64,000 nt of DNA from Minisyncoccota bacterium (GTDB taxonomy: Bacteria > Patescibacteriota > Minisyncoccia > Phycocordibacterales > UBA9973): positions 9,541 through 73,540 of the forward strand of contig JAGOSH010000002.1 in NCBI GenBank assembly GCA_018062425.1, read 5' to 3'. Below the pieces are notes generated by a model. That model was not told the origin of the DNA. It searched no databases and saw only the letters and a program-made list of their open reading frames with translations. How positions within the stretch are numbered: the first letter of the stretch is position 1; every line of letters begins with the position of its first letter. A program made the position numbers and the translations under genes. This document shows positions 18,616-28,993 of the stretch, in pieces.

Positions 18616-20041
18616 TTTTGCCTAATACGGTCGCAATTATAAACGGATCTGGTGATCGGTCTTGACCGGATAAGGCAAAACGAATTGGGTGCAGTAATTC
18701 ACCACGTGAAGGTAATGTGTCAGCGTAGTTCATCAAAAGTTCTTTTATTTTTTCGTAAGCGAATTCACCATCGCTCAATCCAGAGAAAATATCTATCGCT
18801 TTTTGTATGTGAGCGGTGATTTGTTTTGGATCGGTGTTTTTAAACATCAATTTTTCTTTTGAATATTCTGGGTCGCGGAGTATAAAATTAAACTCCCCTG
18901 CTCCAACTAAATCACCGATATCGCTACCCTTAGCGATACGGTCCGCTATTACCGGTATCATCCTCTTTTGGATGTCCTGTGGTAAATTTGTAAGCTCAGA
19001 TGGAGAATTGCTTAGAATGAAATTCTCTAACTCCTCCCCTTTGAGCATTTTGATATGTTCACGATTCACCCAGTCGAGTTTCTTATCATCAAAACCAGCG
19101 CCGGATTGTTTGACGCGATAGATGTCGAAAATTTGTATTAACTCTTCTCTGGTAAAAATTTCTTTTTCGGTACCATCTGCTTCTGGTTTTGGATGCCAAC
19201 CTAAAAGGGCTAAGAAATTTATAAAACCATCTGGTAGGTAACCTTCTTTTCGGTATTCTAATGTATCCTTAGCTCCGTCACGCTTACTTAGTTTTTTCTT
19301 TCCATCTGGTGCCATGATCGGAGACAGGGTTGCAAAGATTGGAGGCTTAACTCCAAGTGCCTCGTATACAGCAAGGAATTTTGGAGTTGAAGCGATAAAT
19401 TCCCGTCCACGCATAACGTGGGTTACGCCCATTTCGATATCATCCACAATATGAGCAAAGTTGTAGGTCGGATAGCCGTCACTCTTTATAATCACCATGT
19501 CATCGAGTGCTTCTGGCCCAGCAGACAAGTCACCAAAAACAACATCGTTCCATCTGGTTTCTTTTATTTCTGGTACACGAAAACGGAGAGGTTTTTTTTC
19601 ATCCCAAGCTTCAATGCTTTCGCTTCTGTGTTCACGGTAAAGAAAAGGTCTTTTTTCTAGCTCCGCTTTTTGACGCAAAACTTCTACTTCTTCTTCAGTA
19701 AACGGATCAGGATAAGCAAAACCTAGCTCTATCAGCTTGTAGGCATATTTTTTATAAATATCTAAGCGTTGTGATTGAATATATGGTGCATTTGGGCCAC
19801 CGATACCTGGGCCATAATCCCAATCAATACCGAGCCATTTTAAGGATTCTTGAATATGCTCAATCGATCCAGCGACTTCTCTTTCTTTGTCAGTATCTTC
19901 AATACGTAAAATAAATTTACCGCCATTTTTGCGTGCCCAAAGCCAGGCATACAGTGCAGTGTGTACACCGCCAACGTGCATAAAGCCAGTTGGGCTGGGG
20001 GCAAAACGGGTTACTACATTCAAATTATCTCCTTGTTCCAT
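18578..20041 (-). CDS. gltX: glutamyl-tRNA synthetase
   Basis: RFAPSPTGFMHVGG (HIGH motif) and KLSKR (KMSKS motif). Confidence 0.95.
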   Translation of the reverse strand: MEQGDNLNVVTRFAPSPTGFMHVGGVHTALYAWLWARKNGGKFILRIEDTDKEREVAGSIEHIQESLKWLGIDWDYGPGIGGPNAPYIQSQRLDIYKKYAYKLIELGFAYPDPFTEEEVEVLRQKAELEKRPFLYREHRSESIEAWDEKKPLRFRVPEIKETRWNDVVFGDLSAGPEALDDMVIIKSDGYPTYNFAHIVDDIEMGVTHVMRGREFIASTPKFLAVYEALGVKPPIFATLSPIMAPDGKKKLSKRDGAKDTLEYRKEGYLPDGFINFLALLGWHPKPEADGTEKEIFTREELIQIFDIYRVKQSGAGFDDKKLDWVNREHIKMLKGEELENFILSNSPSELTNLPQDIQKRMIPVIADRIAKGSDIGDLVGAGEFNFILRDPEYSKEKLMFKNTDPKQITAHIQKAIDIFSGLSDGEFAYEKIKELLMNYADTLPSRGELLHPIRFALSGQDRSPDPFIIATVLGKNETIKRLQKAIA

Positions 20042-20097
20042 AAGGAGATTTTAACACAGATTTGTAAAAATAAAAATCAGAAGTAAGAAAGTAAAAA

Positions 20098-20433
20098 TTA
20101 GTGGACTTGGCTACCAGATGGTACTTCTTGGATTGGCCCTAAAAGTATAGGACTACCATCTTCGGCGCTCACCGCTAGGATCATTCCGTTTGACATCTCA
20201 CCTCGCATTTTACGTGGCTCTAGGTTTAAAAGCACAGGTATTTGCTTGCCTACAAGAACTGAAGGATCCGGATATGCACTAGCTATACCCGAGAGGACTT
20301 GTCTTTCTTCTCCCCCACCGATATCAAAAATAAGGCGAAGAAGTTTGTCTGAGTCAGGTAATTTTTCTGCTCGAAGCACGGTGCAAACTTTTATTTCAAT
20401 CTTGTGAAAGTCGTCGATGGTAATGTTGTCCAT
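20098..20433 (-). CDS. tRNA-binding domain protein (CsaA/EMAP-II-like)
   Basis: DFHKIEIKVCTVLRAEKLPDSDKLLRL and RKMRGEMSNGMILA. Confidence 0.75.
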   Translation of the reverse strand: MDNITIDDFHKIEIKVCTVLRAEKLPDSDKLLRLIFDIGGGEERQVLSGIASAYPDPSVLVGKQIPVLLNLEPRKMRGEMSNGMILAVSAEDGSPILLGPIQEVPSGSQVH

Positions 20434-20441
20434 ATTATTTT

Positions 20442-21584
20442 TTATTTTTCGTGTGATAGCGCTATGTCTGTAATCTCGCGAGCGATTTTCATGGCTGCGT
20501 CAGGTTTATAAAAACTCTTGGCTGCTTTTTGCATATGCGACCAGTTTGCTTTGTCGGTCATAATCCTATCAATTTCAGCAACCAAAATATTTGCGGTCAA
20601 ATTTTCCTCTTCGACAACACTGGCTGCGCCAGACCTAGCATAGGTAAAAGCGTTCTTCTTGGCATGAATGGCATTCGAACCCATTTTCTCTTCTGAGAAA
20701 GGTATCAATATAGAAGGAATTCCCCAAGCTGCTATTTCGAAAATAGCAGAACCAGCTCGAGAGATAACTAGATCAGCTACCCCGGCAGCATTTTTCATCT
20801 GTAAGTTATTTAAATAATCTATCGGTGTGTATCTGCTACGGTTTTTGTTTTCAGCTAGCACAACCTCGGATCGACTTTTAATTGTTTTAAAGTTTTTAAC
20901 GCCTGTTTGATGTAATACTTGGTAACGATCGAGAATTCGAGGCAACGCATCCAATATAACATTGTTGATGAGCTCTGCTCCTTGTGAACCACCCATAATA
21001 AAAATAGTTGGCAGGTCAGATTCTAATTTGTAGTATTCGATGGCCTTAGCTCTGTCACTCGGTATTTCGATTTCAGTTCTAACTGGCTGACCAGTCCAGG
21101 CAATTCTGTCTTTTGGAAAATATTCTGCAGCTTCTAGATACGACACCGCGATTCTTTTGGCAAATTTTCCTGACCATAGATTCATTCGTCCGGGTACAGA
21201 GTCAGATTCATGAATGACAACCGGAATATTCAGTATTCTAGCAGCCATGACCGCCGGAAAAGATGCAAAGGCTCCTTTACTGAAGACTACATCTGGGTAA
21301 ATCTTAAAAAGTTTTATCAGGGCTCCGAATACTCCAAAAAAGGTTTTAAAAAGATCAGAAAAATTCTTAACTGAAAAATAAGTTCGCATTTTACCAGCAG
21401 AAATTTCTTCGTATTTTATTCCGTTTTCAAAAAGAGCCTCTCGGTCATAAGGATCGGTAGAGAAAAAATAAAGCTTTGATCCCACAATGCTTTCTTCGTC
21501 AATAATTTTATTTACTTTCTGTGCGATGGCGATGATCGGAGTAAAGTGTCCACCCGTACCCCCACCAGTAAAAACGATTTTCAT
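20442..21584 (-). CDS. murG: undecaprenyldiphospho-muramoylpentapeptide beta-N-acetylglucosaminyltransferase
   Basis: The start MKIVFTGGGTGGH is chosen 1 nt after the ftsW stop codon. The C-terminal glycosyltransferase motifs are present. Confidence 0.9.
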   Translation of the reverse strand: MKIVFTGGGTGGHFTPIIAIAQKVNKIIDEESIVGSKLYFFSTDPYDREALFENGIKYEEISAGKMRTYFSVKNFSDLFKTFFGVFGALIKLFKIYPDVVFSKGAFASFPAVMAARILNIPVVIHESDSVPGRMNLWSGKFAKRIAVSYLEAAEYFPKDRIAWTGQPVRTEIEIPSDRAKAIEYYKLESDLPTIFIMGGSQGAELINNVILDALPRILDRYQVLHQTGVKNFKTIKSRSEVVLAENKNRSRYTPIDYLNNLQMKNAAGVADLVISRAGSAIFEIAAWGIPSILIPFSEEKMGSNAIHAKKNAFTYARSGAASVVEEENLTANILVAEIDRIMTDKANWSHMQKAAKSFYKPDAAMKIAREITDIALSHEK

Positions 21585-21585
21585 T

Positions 21586-22689
21586 TTATTTTTTTGTTTG
21601 AAATTTTGATATTTGTAACACGACACCTATAGCCAAGAGATAAAGCGCGAGCGAAGTTCCCCCATGACTCATAAACACCAGAGGTACACCGGTTAGTGGA
21701 AAGACACCGATAACAGAAGCTATGTGCAAGAACGACTGCGCTCCGATTAGTATAACAATTCCAAATACGAAAAGTCTACTGAACGAATCAGGTGAATTTT
21801 TGGCGATAGAGATGCCTTTTAGTATAAAAATCACGTAGAGTAATATGACGATACAACTGCCCACAAATCCAAACTCCTCCCCTATTACCGCAAAGATGGA
21901 ATCCCCTTGGGGCTCGGGTAAGTAACTAAATTTTTGAATACTCTGACCATAACCTCGACCAAAAAATCCGCCCGAACCTATGGCTATCATGGATTGTTGT
22001 ATTTGATAAGACGCTCCACGGGCATCTTGTGATGGGTCGATGAATGTTTGAACACGTTTTTGTAAATATGGAGTAAAGAATACTACGGTACCTAGTAATA
22101 CAACAGCCAATGCGCCCATGCCGAGAATGTATTTCAAACGAACTCCAGAAACGAACAACATGCAAAGCCCAGTAAAACTAATCAGGATAAAACTTTTGGT
22201 ATCAGGTTGTTTTAGGAGTATAAAAGCAATTATGGAAAGCAAGATCGCGAAAGGTAAAATACCGAATTTAAAATCTTGGACCTTGTGTTTTGCCCAAGAA
22301 AGCCAAGCAGCAAAATAAATAATAAAGCCGAACTTCAACAGCTCTGCTGGTTGGAAAGAAATAGGCCCGAGATCCAGCCACCTCTGTGCTCCACCATGAG
22401 CCCTGCCTAGTCCAGGTATGAATACGGCCGCTGTCAGTAAAACTGAGCCAAGTAAAATCCAAAAGGCATTCTTTCGCCAAAATTGATAGTCAATCCGATA
22501 AGTAAAATACATACCCACAAAACCCAAACCCAAGCCTAAAACTAATTGGCTGACAAGTACCCCGTAGAAAGTTTTCTCACTTCTCGGCAAAATCCCCAGA
22601 GATGCTGAAATAAAAGTGGCTACCCCAACTACGATCAAAATGATGACCAGACTGAGAAAAAATTTATCGGGTTTTGCCTTGCGAAGCAT
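21586..22689 (-). CDS. ftsW: SEDS family lipid II flippase/polymerase FtsW
   Basis: 10-TM SEDS protein with PEPQGDSIFAVIGEEFG, located between mraY and murG. Confidence 0.85.
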   Translation of the reverse strand: MLRKAKPDKFFLSLVIILIVVGVATFISASLGILPRSEKTFYGVLVSQLVLGLGLGFVGMYFTYRIDYQFWRKNAFWILLGSVLLTAAVFIPGLGRAHGGAQRWLDLGPISFQPAELLKFGFIIYFAAWLSWAKHKVQDFKFGILPFAILLSIIAFILLKQPDTKSFILISFTGLCMLFVSGVRLKYILGMGALAVVLLGTVVFFTPYLQKRVQTFIDPSQDARGASYQIQQSMIAIGSGGFFGRGYGQSIQKFSYLPEPQGDSIFAVIGEEFGFVGSCIVILLYVIFILKGISIAKNSPDSFSRLFVFGIVILIGAQSFLHIASVIGVFPLTGVPLVFMSHGGTSLALYLLAIGVVLQISKFQTKK

Positions 22690-23748
22690 TTATTTGGTCA
22701 TTATTGCTAAGATCACACCCAAGATCGCAAAGATAATAGAAAGTACCCAGTACCGCATGGTAACTTTGTAGCCCGGCCAACCCAAGGCTTCAAAATGATG
22801 GTGCAGTGGCGCCACTTTGAAAACCTTCTTGCCGAATCTTTTGGCGATGAGTTGCGCACTAGAAGAAAAAGAAGTTGCCACCAACGGAAACGCGATGATT
22901 GGTAGGAGTAGTACGGTGTCAGTGAGGAAAGCGAATGTGGCCAGCACTATAGTAAGTGGCATCATTCCGGTCTCTCCCATATAAAAACGCGCTGGTGGAA
23001 TGTTAAACCACAAAAAAGCTAAAGTCGCCCCGCTGATAACCAGAGACAAAGCAGCTAGGTCGATTTGATTGTTGGCATAGGCGATAACAGCATAGGCTGC
23101 GAATATGCAAGACAGCACTCCACCAGAGAGCCCGTCGATCCCGTCAATAACGCCTCCCGAGAAAGTAGCTAGCATGATCAGGACAACAAATGGTATGAAC
23201 CATATACCCAAGTACCACATGCCGTCCCATGGAACATGAACAGAATCCATGCCTAATTTAGTGAAGAACCACCAACCAGCGATCGCCCCGATGACGGTAA
23301 TGATCCCGAGCTTTAGTTTGGTATACCAAAATGAGTCCCGGGTGATGTTCGAGTGTCCTGTTATTTCAAGCATGTCATCAAATAGTCCCAAAATAGCCCC
23401 CAGAAACAGAACCCCTAGCGGCAAAAGCGTCTGCGAACGACTAAAAAAGTTAAGCCCGTGTAGAAAAGTGTTGTTTGGAAACAATACAGACAACAAATAA
23501 AACCCAGCGGAGGTTGCCAGTACAGAAAACCAGACGATGATCCCACCAACGCAGGGTGTCGAGACTTCGCTAGCCTCTTTATCTTTGTGTATTTTGCTGA
23601 ATTCGGTCGAACCTACTGTCTGGGTGCGTGCTCGCTTCTTCCACATTTTGTACTTATAGAAATAATGCGTAGCTAGTGGCGTAATAAGTATGCCAAAGGT
23701 AAAAGCAGCTGTCGCTGGTATGAGAATTTTCATTAAATTAAGAAGCAT
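22690..23748 (-). CDS. mraY: phospho-N-acetylmuramoyl-pentapeptide transferase
   Basis: DGIDGLSGG and APLHHHFE. TATAAT (23756-61) lies 7 nt upstream of the ATG. Confidence 0.9.
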   Translation of the reverse strand: MLLNLMKILIPATAAFTFGILITPLATHYFYKYKMWKKRARTQTVGSTEFSKIHKDKEASEVSTPCVGGIIVWFSVLATSAGFYLLSVLFPNNTFLHGLNFFSRSQTLLPLGVLFLGAILGLFDDMLEITGHSNITRDSFWYTKLKLGIITVIGAIAGWWFFTKLGMDSVHVPWDGMWYLGIWFIPFVVLIMLATFSGGVIDGIDGLSGGVLSCIFAAYAVIAYANNQIDLAALSLVISGATLAFLWFNIPPARFYMGETGMMPLTIVLATFAFLTDTVLLLPIIAFPLVATSFSSSAQLIAKRFGKKVFKVAPLHHHFEALGWPGYKVTMRYWVLSIIFAILGVILAIMTK

Positions 23749-23976
23749 TGGCTCTATTATATGCTTTCTTTTACTTATTTCAACGTCTCAAAATGTGGAG
23801 TTACTATGGGTAAAATTAAAAATTAAAAATCCTAACTGTGGATAAACTTTTTGTTTTCCAAAACACCCGCTCCGGTAAAGGCATTTTGGCATTTTGCACC
23901 GTTTAGAAAACCTATGGTAAGATTAGGGAACGGAAATATTTTTTAGCAATTTTTTTATCAGTTTATTTAAAGAATT

Positions 23977-25293
23977 ATGAGTCAAAATAGTGATCAAAAG
24001 CTTGTTACCTGCATTAAAAAACGAGATCAATCAATTCAGGACTTTGATTTAGGTAAAATTGCAGATGCAATATACAAAGCGATGATTGCAGTTGGCAATG
24101 GAACCCGAGAAGACGCTGAAAAAATAGCGAAAGAGGTCTCAGTAAAGCTAAACGAACACTTTGCTCTAACAATAGAAGGAAACGATAACGTTGTTAATCT
24201 CTGCCCTAGCGTAGAAGAGGTTCAAGACCTAGCCGAAGAGCGACTCATGGCCAATGATTTTTTTGATGCTGCTAAAGCCTACATTTTATACAGACAACAG
24301 CGAGCTGAGCTAAGAAAAAGGGACATTTTCAAGAAAAGATTGAGCCTAAAACCATACGAATACCCTGAACTTTACGAATACGTGAGCGCTATTCGCCACT
24401 CTTATTGGATCCATACCGAATTTAACTTTGTTGGAGACGTTCAAGACTTCAAAGTAAACGTAAATCCTAAAGAAAAAATCGTCATCAGGAACGCCATGTT
24501 GGCCATAGCTCAGATAGAAGTAGCGGTGAAAACTTTCTGGGGTGATATTTACAAAAAAATGCCAAAGCCAGAGATTGGATCTGTAGGTTTTACTTTTGCT
24601 GAAAGTGAAGTCAGACACATGGATGCATACTCTCACCTTCTAGAGATTCTAGGTCTCAACGATGAATTCAAAAAAATTCAGGACTTCCCAGCAATAATGG
24701 CTAGAGTAAATTATTTGGAAAAGTCTCTCAAGAACGCTCGTAGTGAAGACAATCGCGAATATAGTCAGTCTATACTTCTGTTTTCTTTATTCATCGAACA
24801 TGTTTCCCTCTTCTCGCAATTCTTGATTATCATGTCCTTCAATAAACACAAGAATTTATTCAAGGGTATTTCAAACGCAGTGGAAGCGACTTCGAAAGAA
24901 GAACAAATTCATGGACTTTTTGGAATAGATGTAATCAATATAATAAAGAGCGAACACCCAGAATGGTTCGACAAAGAATTCGAAGATACCGTAGTCCGAC
25001 TCTGCCGAGAAGCTTTCGAAGCTGAAATGGGAATAGTGGATTGGATATTCGAAGCCGGCGAACTTGATTTTATGCCAAAAGTTGTGGTAATCGAATTCAT
25101 CAAACAACGATTCAATAATTCTCTACAGAGTATCGGAATCCAGAAAATATTCGACATCGACGAGACTTTCCTCAAAGAAGCAAACTGGTTTGATGACGAA
25201 GTTATTGCAACTAAACACGGAGATTTTTTCAACAAGAAGTCAATAAACTACAGTAAAAAAACCAAAAGTATTACAAGCGAGGATCTGTTTTAA
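23977..25293 (+). CDS. nrdB: class I ribonucleotide reductase beta subunit with N-terminal ATP-cone
   Basis: Residues ~10-100 form an ATP-cone (VTCIKKRDQSIQDFDLGKI...AYILYRQQR). The ferritin-like ligands are QIE, ESEVRH (+Y at H+4), FIEH and EEQIH. Confidence 0.85.
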   Translation: MSQNSDQKLVTCIKKRDQSIQDFDLGKIADAIYKAMIAVGNGTREDAEKIAKEVSVKLNEHFALTIEGNDNVVNLCPSVEEVQDLAEERLMANDFFDAAKAYILYRQQRAELRKRDIFKKRLSLKPYEYPELYEYVSAIRHSYWIHTEFNFVGDVQDFKVNVNPKEKIVIRNAMLAIAQIEVAVKTFWGDIYKKMPKPEIGSVGFTFAESEVRHMDAYSHLLEILGLNDEFKKIQDFPAIMARVNYLEKSLKNARSEDNREYSQSILLFSLFIEHVSLFSQFLIIMSFNKHKNLFKGISNAVEATSKEEQIHGLFGIDVINIIKSEHPEWFDKEFEDTVVRLCREAFEAEMGIVDWIFEAGELDFMPKVVVIEFIKQRFNNSLQSIGIQKIFDIDETFLKEANWFDDEVIATKHGDFFNKKSINYSKKTKSITSEDLF

Positions 25294-25317
25294 TTATTAA
25301 TATAATCGAGTAAACAT

Positions 25318-27051
25318 ATGTATTGGCTAAACGAAAATAGTAAGAAGTTTTTATCAAAAGGTTATTTGTTGGAAGGTGTTACCGCCGAAGAAAGAATCAG
25401 GGAAATAGCAACCATAGCCGAGAACTATCTACAAAAGCCTGGTTTTGCCGATAAATTCTACGATTATATGTCTCGCGGGTTCTATTCTCTTGCCTCCCCT
25501 GTCTGGTCCAACTACGGACTCACTCGAGGTCTGCCTATTAGTTGTTTTTCCAGTTACATTGGTGACGACATGGCGCGAATACTTTTCACCCATGCCGAAA
25601 TCGGTATGATGACAAAATACGGAGGTGGGACAGCGGGGCACTTTGCCGACTTGCGACCACGCGGAGCTGTCATTAAGGACAATGGTTTCTCTTCCGGGTC
25701 TGTACACTTTATGGAACTTTTCGATGGACTTATAAATATAGTGAGCCAGGGTTCAGTTAGACGTGGACACTTTGCACCGTACCTGCCAGTGGAACATCCA
25801 GACATTGAAGAATTCCTGAGCATCGGCAAAGAAGGTCATCCGATTCAAGAATCAACTTATGCTGTTACTGTAACCGATAAATGGCTCAAGGATATGGTTG
25901 GTGGTGACCAGGACAAGAGAAAAATCTGGGCGAAGGTAATCCAACGCCGAACTGAAATCGGATATCCTTACATTTTCTTTACTGACACAGTAAACAACAA
26001 TACTGTGGATGTGTATAAAGACAAGAATATGAAAATATACGGTAGTAACCTTTGCTCCGAAATCTGCCTACCTACCAGCGACGAGATTTCTTTTGTATGT
26101 TGCCTTTCCTCTATCAACTTGCGCCACTATCAAGAATGGAAAGACACTGACGCGGTTGAAACCTTGGTTATGTTTCTGGATACAGTTATTTCCGATTTCC
26201 TAATACGATTAGAAGCCTTGCGCGATAGCTCTGACCCTCAGAAACAAACTGCTTTTTATTTCATGCAACGTGCCTACAAATTTGCCAAAGAACACCGAGC
26301 ACTCGGATTAGGTGCTTTGGGTTGGCATACTCTACTCCAAGAAAACAACTTAGCTTTTGAAAGTGAAGAAGCAACTGCTCTCAACAATGAAATCTTTAAA
26401 ACAATCAAAGAGCGTGCTTACCGAGCATCCAAAGATCTAGCTGAGACTTTCGGTGAGCCTGAAATATTGAAAGGTTATGGCCGTCGCAACACTACGCTCA
26501 TGGCTATCGCCCCGAATACTTCTTCAGCTTTTATCTTGGGCCAAGTCTCCCAGGGTGTTGAGCCTTTGATGTCTAACTGCTTCGTAAAAGACGTAGATAA
26601 AATGAAGGTAACCATAAAAAACCCCATGCTCGAAGAATTGCTAAAAGAAAAAGGAGTGAATACTCAAGAAATTTGGAACAGTATCCGAGAAAACGATGGT
26701 TCTGTACAACATTTGTCCGAATTGACCGATCACGAAAAGAAAGTATTTAGAACTTTTAGTGAAATCGAACAAAAAGCCATCATTGACCAAGCCGCTGATA
26801 GACAAAAATATCTAGACCAATCCCAGTCACTAAACCTCATGGTGGATCCTACTATCTCGACCAAGGACTTGAACGCTTTGTATTTGTACGCTTGGGAAAA
26901 AGGAGTGAAAACTCTCTACTACCAACACAGTATGAGCGCTGCTCAACAGTTCGGCAGAAAGAAACTCCAAGAAGCAGAGATAAAGAGAAAGCAGACAGCT
27001 TATAACAGCGCCGACCCTAGTGCTAATGTTTGTGTCAGTTGTGAAGGTTAA
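25318..27051 (+). CDS. nrdA: class I ribonucleotide reductase alpha subunit, short form without ATP-cone
   Basis: 577 aa. Active-site SNLCSEI and a C-terminal CVSC redox tail. The N-terminus runs directly into the catalytic barrel. Confidence 0.9.
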   Translation: MYWLNENSKKFLSKGYLLEGVTAEERIREIATIAENYLQKPGFADKFYDYMSRGFYSLASPVWSNYGLTRGLPISCFSSYIGDDMARILFTHAEIGMMTKYGGGTAGHFADLRPRGAVIKDNGFSSGSVHFMELFDGLINIVSQGSVRRGHFAPYLPVEHPDIEEFLSIGKEGHPIQESTYAVTVTDKWLKDMVGGDQDKRKIWAKVIQRRTEIGYPYIFFTDTVNNNTVDVYKDKNMKIYGSNLCSEICLPTSDEISFVCCLSSINLRHYQEWKDTDAVETLVMFLDTVISDFLIRLEALRDSSDPQKQTAFYFMQRAYKFAKEHRALGLGALGWHTLLQENNLAFESEEATALNNEIFKTIKERAYRASKDLAETFGEPEILKGYGRRNTTLMAIAPNTSSAFILGQVSQGVEPLMSNCFVKDVDKMKVTIKNPMLEELLKEKGVNTQEIWNSIRENDGSVQHLSELTDHEKKVFRTFSEIEQKAIIDQAADRQKYLDQSQSLNLMVDPTISTKDLNALYLYAWEKGVKTLYYQHSMSAAQQFGRKKLQEAEIKRKQTAYNSADPSANVCVSCEG

Positions 27052-27052
27052 A

Positions 27053-27916
27053 TTAAACTAATTTATATGGATCATGCAGGAAATGTAAATTCTCGTTTAG
27101 AGAATCCAGCGTGTTCATGTCTTCCATATCCAATTCGAAATCAAATATTTGGATGTTTTCTATTATGTGGTCTGGCTTAGCTGAACGTGGGAGCGGTACC
27201 ATCCCGTGTTGAAGAGACCAACGCAAAAGTACTTGTGAGGCTGGTTTGCTGTGTTTTTTTGCGATTGTAGTTATGCGCTCGTCTGTTAATTTGTTGCCCT
27301 GAGTAAGGGGTGCGTATGCTTCAACAACAATGCCATGCAATCGGCAGTATTCCAGTAGTTCTTTTTGATAAAGGAATGGATGAAACTCCACTTGGTTTAC
27401 CATTGGCATCACGTTGGCGTACTTTTCCATTTCTTTTAAATGCTCCACAGTGAAGTTTGAAACACCAATAGCGCGGGCTTTGCCAGATTTATAGATTTCC
27501 TCCATTGCGCGCCAGGTTTCTTGTCTCTTGTCTATCATCTTATTATTAATTTTCAAGTCCGCGTCAGCTGTGGGCCAGTGTACTAGATATAAATCAACAA
27601 AAGAAACGTTCAGATTTTTCAAAGACTCGTCGATAGCTTTTAGCGTATTTTCATAACCTTGATCGGCATTCCACAACTTTGTAGTGATAAAAACTTCTTC
27701 TCGCAGAAGACCATAGCTTGTGATGGCTCGTGCAACACTTGGTTCATTTTTGTAAATAGAAGCCGTATCTATCATCCGATAACCTGCTTCCAGGGCAGAT
27801 TTTATAGAGTGTTCGGCTTCATCGCCTTCTTTTAGTTTATAAGTTCCAAACCCAACAACAGGCAAAACTACCCCGTTTTTAAGGGTTATTGTTGATTCAT
27901 GATTTAGCTTTTGCAT
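27053..27916 (-). CDS. aldo/keto reductase (DkgA-like)
   Basis: GFGTYKL, DTASIYKNE, LVHWP and IPLPRSAKPDHI-like blocks. Confidence 0.85.
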   Translation of the reverse strand: MQKLNHESTITLKNGVVLPVVGFGTYKLKEGDEAEHSIKSALEAGYRMIDTASIYKNEPSVARAITSYGLLREEVFITTKLWNADQGYENTLKAIDESLKNLNVSFVDLYLVHWPTADADLKINNKMIDKRQETWRAMEEIYKSGKARAIGVSNFTVEHLKEMEKYANVMPMVNQVEFHPFLYQKELLEYCRLHGIVVEAYAPLTQGNKLTDERITTIAKKHSKPASQVLLRWSLQHGMVPLPRSAKPDHIIENIQIFDFELDMEDMNTLDSLNENLHFLHDPYKLV

Positions 27917-27940
27917 ATCCAGATTATACCAGAAAGAAAA

Positions 27941-28990
27941 CTAGTCTTCTACGTGCAACTCGAGTTCCTTGAGGATGCTTTCTACTTCAACTCTGACTTT
28001 TTCCTCTTTAACTTCAGCCTTCAGTTCGGACTCTTTTGAGATCTGTGCTTCTGACTTTTTAGATTCTTCTTTTTTAACTTCTTTAGTTTCTAACTTTAAC
28101 TCAGCATCTACAGATGTGTCGTCTTCGTCTTCTATCTCTGTGCGAAGTGTAGCAGTAATGTCTTGGTCATCTTTCGTATCTTCGCTTTCTTTTGATTTGT
28201 TTTCGGATTTTGTTTCTGGGCTAGATTTTTTTGAATCGGATTTAGCATCAGCTTCGATTTCAGCTTTTTCTTCTTCGAGGACTTTAGCATCCTCCTCTAC
28301 TTTTAGAACATTTATATGTTCGTCAACCATGGCGCCGATTTCTTTGATATCACTTTTACCCTCGTCATCGATTTCGACTATGGTATCTTCGTCACTGGCT
28401 AGCTTTGAAAGCACCACTGAGTGAGCTTCTAGCTTGTTCTCGAACTCTGCTTTCACTTCTGCTGCCTCTTCCGCTCCACCACTGGCTTCGATTTCAGCTA
28501 CAATTTGTTTTATTTTCTCTGCGTTTTTTGCAAAATTTTCCTTAACCTGAGCTTTGGCTTTGGGGGTGATCTTCTTTTTCTGTACAGTCAGCTTTTCTAC
28601 TTCTTTTAGGCGTCGATCAACTTTGACTGATTCAAAACGCGCATTGGCATTAGGCGTTAGAGCCATCCAGGACTCCATCTCTTCGTTTACGTTAACTTTC
28701 ATTCCATACAAAGCTTCACCTGGTAGCGCAAAATTAGCCGCAAATGAAGTGCCACCGAATACAACTAGTATTACAAACACAGCTACTGGTACAAACCTCT
28801 TTTCGTGTAAAGAAAGGCCCATACGGAAATGATATAAATAAGGACTTGCGACATCTTTTTTAGTATCTAAAACAGGTGCCTTGTGATAATAGACTTGTTT
28901 GTGGATTCTTTCCAATATCAAATCATGCTCCTCCTTGGTCAAGGAAACATTTTTTGCTTCATTTATAATTTTATTCCATAAACTTTTCAT
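27941..28990 (-). CDS. putative anti-sigma factor / DUF5667-like membrane protein with acidic Lys/Glu-rich tail
   Basis: Starts 3 nt after the ECF sigma gene. Single TM helix, an LPGEALYGMK block, and a long E/K/D low-complexity C-terminus. Confidence 0.5.
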   Translation of the reverse strand: MKSLWNKIINEAKNVSLTKEEHDLILERIHKQVYYHKAPVLDTKKDVASPYLYHFRMGLSLHEKRFVPVAVFVILVVFGGTSFAANFALPGEALYGMKVNVNEEMESWMALTPNANARFESVKVDRRLKEVEKLTVQKKKITPKAKAQVKENFAKNAEKIKQIVAEIEASGGAEEAAEVKAEFENKLEAHSVVLSKLASDEDTIVEIDDEGKSDIKEIGAMVDEHINVLKVEEDAKVLEEEKAEIEADAKSDSKKSSPETKSENKSKESEDTKDDQDITATLRTEIEDEDDTSVDAELKLETKEVKKEESKKSEAQISKESELKAEVKEEKVRVEVESILKELELHVED

Positions 28991-28993
28991 ATT

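Noticed and set aside
23880-23895. Tandem GGCATTTT GGCATTTT in the nrdB upstream region, considered as an NrdR box or riboswitch.
   Set aside because: It does not resemble the NrdR palindrome, and I could find no supporting secondary structure.
27969-28424. 151-aa Ser-rich plus-strand ORF.
   Set aside because: It is the antisense of the Glu/Lys-rich low-complexity tail of the putative anti-sigma protein, so it is a compositional artefact.
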